From Candidatus Udaeobacter sp. (lineage in GTDB: Bacteria > Patescibacteriota > Patescibacteriia > Magasanikbacterales > GWA2-37-8), in the NCBI GenBank assembly GCA_035473115.1, contig DATION010000005.1:86339-150338 (forward strand): DNA of 64,000 nucleotides, read 5' to 3'. Numbering within the stretch: position 1 is the stretch's first letter; each line of letters starts with the position of its first letter. Below the pieces are notes generated by a model, which saw nothing but the letters and a program-made list of their open reading frames with translations, was not told the origin of the DNA and searched no databases. Shown in pieces: positions 9,564 through 18,747 of the stretch. The position numbers and the translations under genes are program-made.

Positions 9564-10304
9564 TTATAATTTACGATCGGCTTCTCCAATATATTCTGTT
9601 TCGTCTGATTCCAAACGACGCAATCCGACATCGCCCATCATTTCCTCAAAAATATGAGCTACCAAACCGGGGACGCGAGCAATGATAAAAATTCCTTTGG
9701 TAACCTGCCAGGGAAAACCCATATCCAAAAGAATAGCGGCCATAGCACCATCAACATTTAAAGGCAGCGGCTTGGAAGAAATTTTATTCAATTCTATCAT
9801 CACCTCTTCGGCAAAAGCGCAATACTTGCCATAAAAACCTGTTTCTTTGGCAACTGTAAAAACTGTATCCGTACGATTATCATGAGTTAAAACTTTATGT
9901 CCATAACCCGGCAACCTGATTTTTTTGTCTTTAAGAGATCTAACCAGTTCAGCCACATTTTTTTCTGTTATATTTTCTGTAAAAAATTTGGCCGCGTCTT
10001 CGGTGGCACCGCCATGCAACTTGCCCATAGCCAAAATTCCCGCAGCCAAAGACGTATGCAGGCTATTGCCCGATGAAGCCGTAATACGGCTAGTCATCGC
10101 CGAAGCTGTGCCAATACCGTGGTCTATGGCTGCCACCAGCATAGCATTAAGCATTTTGGTTTCATTTTCATTAGGCAAATTTCCTTTTAAAATTAAAAAT
10201 ATAGTTTCCGTAAAACTTTTATTTTTAATTAAACTCTCCAAACTATACCCGCGAACAATCTCTTGGTTATCGGAAACCTTGCTGATAGCTGTTTTCCATT
10301 GCAT
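9564..10304 (-). CDS. ccl: Citryl-CoA lyase (citrate-synthase-like fold)
   Basis: W.TAIS, IDHG, HGGA, PGYGH, LNVDGA, ARVPGLVAH; stand-alone, ~250 aa. Confidence 0.85.
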   Translation of the reverse strand: MQWKTAISKVSDNQEIVRGYSLESLIKNKSFTETIFLILKGNLPNENETKMLNAMLVAAIDHGIGTASAMTSRITASSGNSLHTSLAAGILAMGKLHGGATEDAAKFFTENITEKNVAELVRSLKDKKIRLPGYGHKVLTHDNRTDTVFTVAKETGFYGKYCAFAEEVMIELNKISSKPLPLNVDGAMAAILLDMGFPWQVTKGIFIIARVPGLVAHIFEEMMGDVGLRRLESDETEYIGEADRKL

Positions 10305-10308
10305 ACAA

Positions 10309-11202
10309 TTAATTTAAAAATGATTTTACTAAACCTGCCAAGTCCTCATATTTATCAGCAATCTTTACGCCCACTGCCGCCAAAGCGGCTTCTTTTTCCG
10401 CTGCACTTTGGCCGCGGCCAACAATTGCTCCAGCATGACCGATATTCATACCTTGTGGAAAAACATTGGCAAATTTTCCGCCGATATAAATTGCCAAGGG
10501 CTTGGTGTATTCTTTATTTTTAATGGCTTCAACTATCTCAAACTCAAAACTGCCGCCATGTTCACCAAAAATTGCTACGGCTTTGGTTTGATCATCTTTT
10601 TCAAATAAACGTAAAATGTCAGCATAGGTCATTCCCATTAACAAATCTCCGCCTACGTGAATAGCGGCGCTTTGCCCCAAACTGGCTTTGCGTATTTGCC
10701 AAGATAATTCATTGGTCATTCCGCCCGAACGAGAAATTATTCCCACTGAGCCGGGCATAAAAATTTCATCTACCAAAGATCCGCCTACCACACCAATACG
10801 GCCAACTCCCGGAACAATCAAGCCCAAAGAGCTTGGGCCGATAATTTTGATATTTTTTTCTTTAGCTGCTGCCAAGCAATATGCAGTATCTTGAATAGGT
10901 ATTCTCTCTACAATAATATTTATCAGCGAAATATTATTTTCTATCGCCTCTAAAATTGCAGCTTTAGCGGCAAATGGCGGCACATAGATCGCTGTGGTAT
11001 TTATATCAGGAAAATTTTCTTTGGCTTCTTTAATGGAATTAAAAACCGGCTTGCCTTCGACTTCTTGCCCGCCTTTATTTGGCGTCACACCGCAAACAAC
11101 GCTAGTATGATAATCCAACATAGCTTTTGTGGCTTTGGCGCCTTCTTTACCGGTCATGCCCTGGACCAAAACTTTGGTATTTTTATCTATCAAGATGGAC
11201 AT
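10309..11202 (-). CDS. SucD-like CoA-binding subunit of citryl-CoA synthetase / ATP-citrate lyase
   Basis: VLVQGMTG, SRSGGMTNE and phospho-His GHAGA motifs. Confidence 0.85.
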   Translation of the reverse strand: MSILIDKNTKVLVQGMTGKEGAKATKAMLDYHTSVVCGVTPNKGGQEVEGKPVFNSIKEAKENFPDINTTAIYVPPFAAKAAILEAIENNISLINIIVERIPIQDTAYCLAAAKEKNIKIIGPSSLGLIVPGVGRIGVVGGSLVDEIFMPGSVGIISRSGGMTNELSWQIRKASLGQSAAIHVGGDLLMGMTYADILRLFEKDDQTKAVAIFGEHGGSFEFEIVEAIKNKEYTKPLAIYIGGKFANVFPQGMNIGHAGAIVGRGQSAAEKEAALAAVGVKIADKYEDLAGLVKSFLN

Positions 11203-11204
11203 AT

Positions 11205-12350
11205 TTATTCTTTAATCATATCCGCTAAAATTTGAGCCGTGGCGCTCATACTGGTTTCTTTGCCAAACAACTTTATATTTAAATTATTGCGCGCAGCGCA
11301 TTCCTGCATCAAACGCATACCTTCTTCTTCGTATGGCCCCGCGCGGCGAACAACAATCGGAAACTTCGGCTTAATTTCATCTAAAGCATCACAGATGCCA
11401 TGGAAAGTTTCGGCAATATTGGTAAAATTGGCCACACCACCGGCGATCCACAGGCCTTTTAAACCCGGTTTTGCTAAAACAATTTTGGCCAGCTGATAAA
11501 CTTTTTCTCGCGGTGGATTACCGGAATATTCGGTGTAATTGGCCGGACGCAGTCCAGTTTTAAGCAGCGCATCCATATTGGCGATACTGGCGCCGCCACC
11601 GGAAAATAAAACAGCAATATCTCCATCCATTTCAATATATTTACCGGCAGTACCGCGATAATAACCTTCACCTTCATCTATTTTTTTCACGGCCGATTCT
11701 CTTTCGGTTGGCAATCTGCCCAACATGGTGCGCGGCGCTAAATTTTTCCATTCTTCATGACGATAAAAAGCATCTTCATCTAGCGCTACTTTGGCATCAG
11801 TCGCAAACCAGCGACCGTCTACAGTTTCAACCAACGGATTTATTTCTACAACTCTGGCATCTTCTTGCAAAAAGCATTGCCATAAATTTTCTGCAAAACG
11901 GATACCAGTTTCAATATCTTTTTTTCTTATATCTAACGGCATTTTGACTATCTTATCTTCGGCTACATCTTCAATATCCATGCCGCCAGCCGAGCTATAA
12001 ATCACAATCGGTTGCTTAGCAATAGTATCATAGGTAATAGAAAGATAATGTTCGGCAGCGATAGCCAGTTTTTCTTCAATTAAAACCGCAGCCACATATT
12101 GACCATTTACATTACTGGCAAATAATTCCTCACAAGCTTTAACTGTACTGCTAGTATCAGAGCAAAATTTAATTCCATTATTTTTACCGCGTTTGCCAGC
12201 CAAAACTTGAGCTTTGGCAACCACCTCTTTAATACCCAAATTTTCATAAGCTTTAGCAAAATCTTCATCACGATAAACAACTACTCCTTTGGGGATAGCT
12301 ATACCATGTTTGGCAAATAAGTTTTTCCCTTCAAATTCGTATAAATTCAT
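11205..12350 (-). CDS. ATP-grasp subunit with citrate-binding domain (AclB / citryl-CoA synthetase large subunit-like)
   Basis: GKRGK ATP-grasp; GGGAS, ANYTEYSGNP and GGVANFTNIAETF are ATP-citrate lyase citrate-binding motifs. Confidence 0.85.
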   Translation of the reverse strand: MNLYEFEGKNLFAKHGIAIPKGVVVYRDEDFAKAYENLGIKEVVAKAQVLAGKRGKNNGIKFCSDTSSTVKACEELFASNVNGQYVAAVLIEEKLAIAAEHYLSITYDTIAKQPIVIYSSAGGMDIEDVAEDKIVKMPLDIRKKDIETGIRFAENLWQCFLQEDARVVEINPLVETVDGRWFATDAKVALDEDAFYRHEEWKNLAPRTMLGRLPTERESAVKKIDEGEGYYRGTAGKYIEMDGDIAVLFSGGGASIANMDALLKTGLRPANYTEYSGNPPREKVYQLAKIVLAKPGLKGLWIAGGVANFTNIAETFHGICDALDEIKPKFPIVVRRAGPYEEEGMRLMQECAARNNLNIKLFGKETSMSATAQILADMIKE

Positions 12351-12366
12351 AAAAACATTAGTGCAT

Positions 12367-12472
12367 TTAAACTAATTATTAATTTTAGCAGTGCCCATCG
12401 CACCCGCCGCCGCGGGCCATCCTGAGCAAGGCGAAGGCGGTTTGGGCACAAGAAAATTAATAATTAGTTTAA
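12367..12472. repeat. Long conserved hairpin element, copy 1
   Basis: Perfect 20-bp outer inverted repeat plus GTGCCCA/TGGGCAC inner stem; homologous to 12822-12908. Confidence 0.85.
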
Positions 12473-12805
12473 CTATAAATCCATTCTAAACTCTACGCCA
12501 TAATTTTTAAACCCTAACTTTTCATACCAGGCGCAGACAATGCCTCGGCTGCTTCTGGTAGTGGCAATTAATTTGTAACAGCCGATTTTTTTGGCTTCCT
12601 CTTGAGCAGCTTGGACAAGCTTTCTGCCTACTCCTTTATTTCTTTGGTTTTCTTCGACAAATACATCCTCCAAAAGTCCGTATGGTTCTTTGTGTAAATC
12701 ATTATAAATAATATACAGCCAAGCTCGGCCTACTTCAAGATTGTTATCTGTAGCCGAAATCCTAATGGCAAAACAATCCTTCTTTGTTTCTTTATGTATA
12801 TTCAT
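12473..12805 (-). CDS. GNAT acetyltransferase, GNA1 (glucosamine-6-phosphate N-acetyltransferase)-like
   Basis: GLLEDVFV...QRNKGVG...GCYKLI...WYEKLGF. Confidence 0.8.
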   Translation of the reverse strand: MNIHKETKKDCFAIRISATDNNLEVGRAWLYIIYNDLHKEPYGLLEDVFVEENQRNKGVGRKLVQAAQEEAKKIGCYKLIATTRSSRGIVCAWYEKLGFKNYGVEFRMDL

Positions 12806-12821
12806 AAATTATATAATCATT

Positions 12822-12908
12822 TAACCAATAACAATTTTTGCAGTGGCCATCGCACCCTCAGGAGGGCGTCCGCAGGACGTTTGGCCACAAGAAAATTGCT
12901 ATTGGTTA
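12822..12908. repeat. Long conserved hairpin element, copy 2
   Basis: taaccaata/tattggtta outer stem plus GTGGCCA/TGGCCAC inner stem. Confidence 0.85.
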
Positions 12909-13874
12909 TTATAGTCCACTTTTAATTATATTACTCAAAACTACAGCTAATTTTTCTGAGCTTGTACCACCATCAACCGCTTCTAAATCTAGACTTTTTA
13001 TTTTGGTAGTTTTTAAATTTTCTTTATCAAATTCAAACACGCCCCATTTTTTGGTTTGATAAACCTGTTTCTGTTTTTTGTTTAACTTATGATTATTATG
13101 AATTACCAGATCAATATGGTGCGGCAAATATTTTTCCAGCTGCAAAATAAAATCACTCAATCTTTCTGGGCCAGTTTCGCCATCCAAACGATAAGCTCCG
13201 CCGGCAACATAAATTATTTTGGCTTTTTTATTTTTGGCCATGCCCTCTTTAATTCCTTTGGGCAGAAGAGCGGCAATCAAACTGGTATATAAACTGCCCG
13301 GACTAAGTATTATATAATCGGCAGTGGCAATAGTTTTTTGTGCTTCAATATAGGCTAAACAATTTGGCTCAAGCCAAACCTTTTTTATCTTAATACCTCT
13401 ATTATACCTTGGATTATCTATAAACTCTTCAGTTCTAATAATATCTCCATTCTCAAGCTCGGCCACCAAATCGGAATTTTCTAGAGTCGCGGGGTAAACT
13501 TTCCCTTGAGCTTCCACACTTTGCGCCAAAGCTTCCAAAGCATAAAGAAAATTTTTGGAATACTGGCTGGTTAAAGTTAAAAATAGATTGCCTAAATTAT
13601 GACTGTCTAGCTTGCCGGTATTTTTGAATCTTGGTTTATAAAAAATCTGCCTTAACATTTTATAATCGTACTTAGAAAGCGACAAAACAGCTCGCATAAT
13701 GTCTCCCGGAGGCAAGGTACTAAACTCCTTTCTTAACTTACCTGAAGATCCGCCGGAATCACTCATAGAAATGACTGCGGAAATATCAAATTTGCCTGTA
13801 TATTTTTTCAAAGCTTCCAAACAAATTGCCGAACCATTACCACCGCCAATAACAACAATCTTTTTTTTAGACAT
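12909..13874 (-). CDS. YvcK/GlmR family protein (CofD-related)
   Basis: IGGGNG, SDSGGSSG.LR, PPGD, HNLGNL and PGSLYTSL motifs. Confidence 0.9.
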   Translation of the reverse strand: MSKKKIVVIGGGNGSAICLEALKKYTGKFDISAVISMSDSGGSSGKLRKEFSTLPPGDIMRAVLSLSKYDYKMLRQIFYKPRFKNTGKLDSHNLGNLFLTLTSQYSKNFLYALEALAQSVEAQGKVYPATLENSDLVAELENGDIIRTEEFIDNPRYNRGIKIKKVWLEPNCLAYIEAQKTIATADYIILSPGSLYTSLIAALLPKGIKEGMAKNKKAKIIYVAGGAYRLDGETGPERLSDFILQLEKYLPHHIDLVIHNNHKLNKKQKQVYQTKKWGVFEFDKENLKTTKIKSLDLEAVDGGTSSEKLAVVLSNIIKSGL

Positions 13875-13875
13875 A

Positions 13876-14541
13876 CTAAAATTTAATCCCTAAAAAATCA
13901 TAAATTTTTTTATCATCCAGCTCATTAACAATCAAGTCAGCCGCAGAATAATCGCCATTGCTCCAGCGCTGGTCAAACCTAACTACGCATTTCATACCCG
14001 CTCTTTTGGCTGCGTTAAGACCATTTTCTGAATCTTCAACCACCACGCACTCACTTGGATCTACACCTAACTCTTGGGCGGCATAAAGAAAAATAGCTGG
14101 ATCCGGCTTGCCAACATAATCCACATGATCAGTAGAAACTAAAGCATCAAAATAATTATGCCAACTAAACCGATCAACAATTTTTTTGATACGATCTAAG
14201 CTGGCTCCGGAAGCTATAGCTGTTTTTTTGTCAGCCTGCTGTTTAATCCGTTTTAACAAATCATCCGCACCTAAAAGCGGCAGGGAATGATCTGTGTACA
14301 CCGCTTCGCTGCAATTAATTTTATGATTAATAATATCTTCCAAAGGATTGGGCAAGTTATGAATCTCTTTAAATATTTTTGATGACTCAGACAAACTTTT
14401 GCCGTTTATTAATTTTACCCAGTCATGTGAAAAAGGAACGTTAAATAATTTTAAAAAATTTTTTTCCGCATTAAACCAATGCATTTCGCTATCTATCAGC
14501 GTGCCATCCATATCAAAAAGTATTGCTTTAAAATTAGACAT
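13876..14541 (-). CDS. HAD-family phosphatase (beta-PGM/CbbY-like)
   Basis: DMDGTL, KPDP and EDS..G..AAKRAGM motifs. Confidence 0.9.
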   Translation of the reverse strand: MSNFKAILFDMDGTLIDSEMHWFNAEKNFLKLFNVPFSHDWVKLINGKSLSESSKIFKEIHNLPNPLEDIINHKINCSEAVYTDHSLPLLGADDLLKRIKQQADKKTAIASGASLDRIKKIVDRFSWHNYFDALVSTDHVDYVGKPDPAIFLYAAQELGVDPSECVVVEDSENGLNAAKRAGMKCVVRFDQRWSNGDYSAADLIVNELDDKKIYDFLGIKF

Positions 14542-14545
14542 AAAA

Positions 14546-16369
14546 TTATTCTACAGTTACCGACTTAGCCAAATTCCTCGGCCGATCCACATCTCGCCCC
14601 AAAGCTACCGCCATATAATAAGCAAAAAGCTGCAAAGGAATTACGTTTAATAAAGGCTCAAGTAATTCCATAGTTGGTGGTACAAAAATCACGTCGCTGG
14701 CCAATTCTTTGGCTTGCTGGTCGCCTTCAGTGGCCAACAAAATTATTGGTGCTTTTCGGGCTTTAATTTCTTCTATATTACTACGCATTTTATCGTATAA
14801 CTGATTTTTGGTCATAATAGCCAAGACAGGAAATTGTGGTGAAAGTAAAGCAATCGGTCCATGTTTCATTTCCCCGCCCGGGTAAGCCTCACTATGAATA
14901 TAAGTAATCTCTTTTAGTTTTAACGAACCTTCCAGAGCTACCGGAAAATTTATTCCCCGTCCTAAAAAGAAAAAATCCTGGGAGTTTTTATACTTTTCCG
15001 CCAACTCTTTAATTTTATCGCTTTGCTGCAAAATAATTTTCATTTTTTCCGGAATTTCTTGCAAAGCGCCGAGCAATCTTTGACCCGTAGCTAAAGAAAG
15101 ATTTTTTAATCGGCCAAACTGCAGAGCGTATAATAATAAAACTGCAGTCATATTGGTAAAAGCTTTACTGGAAGCCACTGCCAATTCTGGACCGGCATGA
15201 ATATAAGTGCCGCCATCGGTTTCTCGGGCAATAGTTGAGCCAACCACATTAACAATCCCGCGCACAAACGCTCCTTTACGTTTGGCTTCTTTTAAAGCCG
15301 CTAATGTATCAGCGGTTTCACCTGACTGAGAAATGCCAAAAACTAAAGTTTGATTATCTATAATCGGATCACGGTATCTAAACTCGCTGGCTACCTCTAG
15401 TTCTGTCGGAATTCTAGCCAACCGTTCAAACATATACTTTCCAGCCAAACCTGCATAAGAAGCAGTGCCGCAAGCGATCAGAATAATCCGCTTAATACTG
15501 TGCATCTGCTCACCGGTCATATTTAGCCCACCCAAATGAGCAGTGCCTTCACTTACATTATAACGACCGCGAATTGCATCGGCAAAAACAGTCGGCTGAT
15601 CAAAAATCTCCTTCAGCATAAAATGAGAAAATCCTTGTTTTTGAGCTTGGGCCTCATCCCAAGCAATTTCTTCTATTTTTTTATTTATACTGACATCTTT
15701 TAAATTTACCGTCTGCATCTGCTCCCGGCTTATTTCGGCCACTTCACCATCGTCTAAAAAAATAACTTTCTTGGTGTAAGCCAGCATTGGCGTGGCATCG
15801 CTGCCAACAAAAAATTCATTATCACCAATGCCAACAACCAGAGGGCTGCCCATACGCGCCACAACCAGAGTGTTTGGATGATCACTATGCATTACCACTA
15901 AACCATAAGTACCGCGTACTTGGCTCAGAGCTTCCAAGACTGCTTTACGCAAGTCACCCTTGTAATAAGATTCAATTAAGTGCGCCAAAACTTCGGAGTC
16001 TGTTTCCGATTTATAAACATGACCTGTCCCCAATTCTCTTTTCAATTCCCGGTAATTTTCAATTATGCCGTTATGAGCCAAGACTATTTTACCGGTACAT
16101 TCGGTATGAGGATGGGCATTAAGTTCGGTAACCCCGCCGTGAGTTGCCCAACGCGTATGAGCAATTCCATATGTGCCAGCTAAATTTTGATTATTTATTT
16201 TTTGAGCCAGATTATCTATTTTGCCAACGGCTTTGGCAGATAAAAATTCTCCATTATTTAAAATAGCCACGCCGGCGCTATCATAGCCGCGATACTCTAA
16301 ACGACGCAAGCCATTTAATAAAATAGGCAAAGCATTTTTATTTCCAATATAGGCAACAATACCGCACAT
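14546..16369 (-). CDS. glmS: Glutamine--fructose-6-phosphate transaminase
   Basis: MCGIV start, LEYRGYDSAG, HTRWATHG, PRNLAKSVTVE end. Confidence 0.99.
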   Translation of the reverse strand: MCGIVAYIGNKNALPILLNGLRRLEYRGYDSAGVAILNNGEFLSAKAVGKIDNLAQKINNQNLAGTYGIAHTRWATHGGVTELNAHPHTECTGKIVLAHNGIIENYRELKRELGTGHVYKSETDSEVLAHLIESYYKGDLRKAVLEALSQVRGTYGLVVMHSDHPNTLVVARMGSPLVVGIGDNEFFVGSDATPMLAYTKKVIFLDDGEVAEISREQMQTVNLKDVSINKKIEEIAWDEAQAQKQGFSHFMLKEIFDQPTVFADAIRGRYNVSEGTAHLGGLNMTGEQMHSIKRIILIACGTASYAGLAGKYMFERLARIPTELEVASEFRYRDPIIDNQTLVFGISQSGETADTLAALKEAKRKGAFVRGIVNVVGSTIARETDGGTYIHAGPELAVASSKAFTNMTAVLLLYALQFGRLKNLSLATGQRLLGALQEIPEKMKIILQQSDKIKELAEKYKNSQDFFFLGRGINFPVALEGSLKLKEITYIHSEAYPGGEMKHGPIALLSPQFPVLAIMTKNQLYDKMRSNIEEIKARKAPIILLATEGDQQAKELASDVIFVPPTMELLEPLLNVIPLQLFAYYMAVALGRDVDRPRNLAKSVTVE

Positions 16370-16372
16370 AAA

Positions 16373-17125
16373 TTAAATACTATGAGCTATTTCCAAATGT
16401 TCTTTAGTGTTAATACCAATCGCTTCTTCTGGATCAATTGAAATATTTGATACTTTATCGGTTTTCATTGCCTGATCAACTAAATCAGTTAAATAATATT
16501 CGCCTTGCGCGTTATTATTTTTTAAATTTTTTACTTCTTGCCAAAACCAATCGGCATTAAAACAATAATAGCAAGGATTGAGTTCATTGCCGTCAGCTTC
16601 TGTAGGGGTGGCATCCCGTAACTCAACTGACTTAGCTATTTTTCCGTTTTCATCTCGAATAATACGCCCAAAATCGTGCAACGCCGCATATTTACCCTTA
16701 AAATCCGGCACAGTAACTGTCATCAAGGTAAGAATATTTTGCTCGCTTACATGTTTTTCGGCCAGCCGTTTTATAGATTCTGCCTTCAAAAAAGGCATAT
16801 CGCCATATAAAACAATGATATTTTCTACTTTGCCTTGCAAAACTTTGGCTGCGCAAGCAGCAGCATGCCCGGTGCCAAGCTGCTTGTCTTGGATTACATA
16901 TATAGCTCGGTCTCCTAAATAATCCTGCACAAATGTATGATTTGGGTTAACAATCACAACCGGTTTTTCACAAACCCCAGATGCTTCAACGTTAGCAACA
17001 ACATACTCAATCAAAGGTTTTCCTTTCAAAAGATTCATCACTTTTGGCAAATCACTTTTCATTCTTTTTCCTTCACCGGCAGCCAAAATGACCACACCGG
17101 TTTTACTTAATTTGTTGGGCAACAT
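16373..17125 (-). CDS. GlmU N-terminal nucleotidyltransferase only (no acetyltransferase domain)
   Basis: ILAAGEGKRMKS..PK, QLGTGHA, NNAQGEYYLTD; ends at 250 aa. Confidence 0.9.
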   Translation of the reverse strand: MLPNKLSKTGVVILAAGEGKRMKSDLPKVMNLLKGKPLIEYVVANVEASGVCEKPVVIVNPNHTFVQDYLGDRAIYVIQDKQLGTGHAAACAAKVLQGKVENIIVLYGDMPFLKAESIKRLAEKHVSEQNILTLMTVTVPDFKGKYAALHDFGRIIRDENGKIAKSVELRDATPTEADGNELNPCYYCFNADWFWQEVKNLKNNNAQGEYYLTDLVDQAMKTDKVSNISIDPEEAIGINTKEHLEIAHSI

Positions 17126-17741
17126 AATTTTGTATATCTGTTAAGTTGGTAAAATACGGCACACCTATTTTTGCCGCTTCGACTTCAGAATCACGTTTAA
17201 TATTAAGCTTGGTGACTACCAGAGCCGCAGGAATTTCTGTTTTTACCGATTTATTTTCTTTAAGATTGTCGTTCACAAAAAATATTTTATTACCGACAAA
17301 ATTTCCCACTAAATATTTCGGTTTGCCGCCGCTAATTATAATAACATCATCAAAATTATTATAAATTTTACTGGCTTTTATTTTTCTCAACTGAAAATCA
17401 TAATCCCCGGCCGAAAGCAGCATTACTTTTTCGGAAACTTGTTTTAAAAATTGTAAAAATGATTGGGCTTCGGGAAAAATATAATCTTTAACAAACAAGG
17501 TATTTAGTTCTGCTTCTATACTCTCGGGCAGCTTGTAGCCCAGTTCCCGTAAAAAACTGATATGCTCCGGAAAACTGTAGTCGTATTGATCGGGACTGAT
17601 AGTGCATAGAGACTGACGGAAAGTTTTTTTAATATCCTCAACGGAGGCGCCATATTTGGAAAAAATATTCAAAATATCATTTTTAAACATCTCCGTATCA
17701 TAAACGGTATTATCCCAATCAACAAAGGCAAAATCAAACAT
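17103..17741 (-). CDS. HAD-superfamily hydrolase
   Basis: DWDNT motif I. Confidence 0.75.
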   Translation of the reverse strand: MFDFAFVDWDNTVYDTEMFKNDILNIFSKYGASVEDIKKTFRQSLCTISPDQYDYSFPEHISFLRELGYKLPESIEAELNTLFVKDYIFPEAQSFLQFLKQVSEKVMLLSAGDYDFQLRKIKASKIYNNFDDVIIISGGKPKYLVGNFVGNKIFFVNDNLKENKSVKTEIPAALVVTKLNIKRDSEVEAAKIGVPYFTNLTDIQNYVAQQIK

Positions 17742-17747
17742 AGTTTA

Positions 17748-18572
17748 TTAGCTATTTAAAACGATATCTGAAATTACTTGGAATCTCTGTTTAACTACTG
17801 CCAATAAAAAATTATTTTTTTCTGCTTCGTTTTTATAATCAGATATTTCTTGCCACAAAGCTCGACCGGCCAAAAATCCGACTGCTCCGGCGGCAACAGC
17901 ATCTGTTAACTGCTTTTCAAAAACAGAAAATTTTTCACCTCTGGTTAAAAGAATCCAAGGTGTCGGACCAACTAATTTTGATATTTTTTTACAAGAATCC
18001 AGATCTCCGGGATATTCCAGTTTCCAGACATCCGGAATAATATTATTTTCTAAAAGAATTTCTACTGATCGCAGAACCCATTCGGCTCGAGTCTTGCCTA
18101 ATTCTTCATTGCCATAAGTGACAATTTCCAAAAAAAACGGCAAACTATTCGCATGGCTATCTGCCAAAGCTATTTGAGCAGTTTTTATTTGCTGAGAAAC
18201 ACTGGCCGCTTCCGGATTAAAATATAATAATAATTTTGCTCCGCTTGCGCCCTGTTCTTTTAATTGTTTGGCAGGATATTCTAGCTCGGTAATTTTTTCA
18301 CCGGCATTATCCATGTAACCGCTTTTTTCTAGCGGCAAAAGATAAGGCTTGCTTTTAGATTTATAGCCAGGCAAACCCCAATCTAAATCAATAAGCAAAC
18401 CGCTAAACTGATCCTGAACTGATTCAATAATCATAGCTTTAGCTTGAACCAATTCTTGCTCAGAAGCAGCTTCCGGATTATTTGGGTTTATATATTTTTT
18501 AAAACTTTCCCGGTGATCTAAAGCTAACATTAAAAATTTTCCTTTGGTCTGAAATTTTGTTAAATCAAGCAT
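17748..18572 (-). CDS. Class I aldolase, LacD/DUF2090-like
   Basis: MLALDHRES, AKLLLYF, DVWKLEYP and GFLAGRALWQ motifs. Confidence 0.85.
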   Translation of the reverse strand: MLDLTKFQTKGKFLMLALDHRESFKKYINPNNPEAASEQELVQAKAMIIESVQDQFSGLLIDLDWGLPGYKSKSKPYLLPLEKSGYMDNAGEKITELEYPAKQLKEQGASGAKLLLYFNPEAASVSQQIKTAQIALADSHANSLPFFLEIVTYGNEELGKTRAEWVLRSVEILLENNIIPDVWKLEYPGDLDSCKKISKLVGPTPWILLTRGEKFSVFEKQLTDAVAAGAVGFLAGRALWQEISDYKNEAEKNNFLLAVVKQRFQVISDIVLNS

Positions 18573-18747
18573 ATTTTAGCGCTAAAAAGCACCTTTAGAA
18601 TAACATAGAGAAAATCGAGCGTCAAACAAAAAAGGCCGCATCTCCCGCCACAGAGATTTGGCCCGACGACTACCCGTTCACGCTGTCTCGCGACAGTGCG
18701 AATATTGGGCTGGTCACTCCTAGGAGTGACCAAATGTACTACTTGGT

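Noticed and set aside
4947-12350. Autotrophic carbon fixation (carboxysome or reverse TCA) suggested by CsoSCA-like and ACL-like genes
   Set aside because: No RuBisCO, shell proteins or ferredoxin oxidoreductases in the window; citrate catabolism is the simpler reading
10309-12350. Succinyl-CoA synthetase sucCD
   Set aside because: The large subunit carries ACL citrate-binding motifs and the adjacent gene is citryl-CoA lyase-like
16370-16400. glmS ribozyme
   Set aside because: Only 3 bp separate glmS from the upstream gene, leaving no leader
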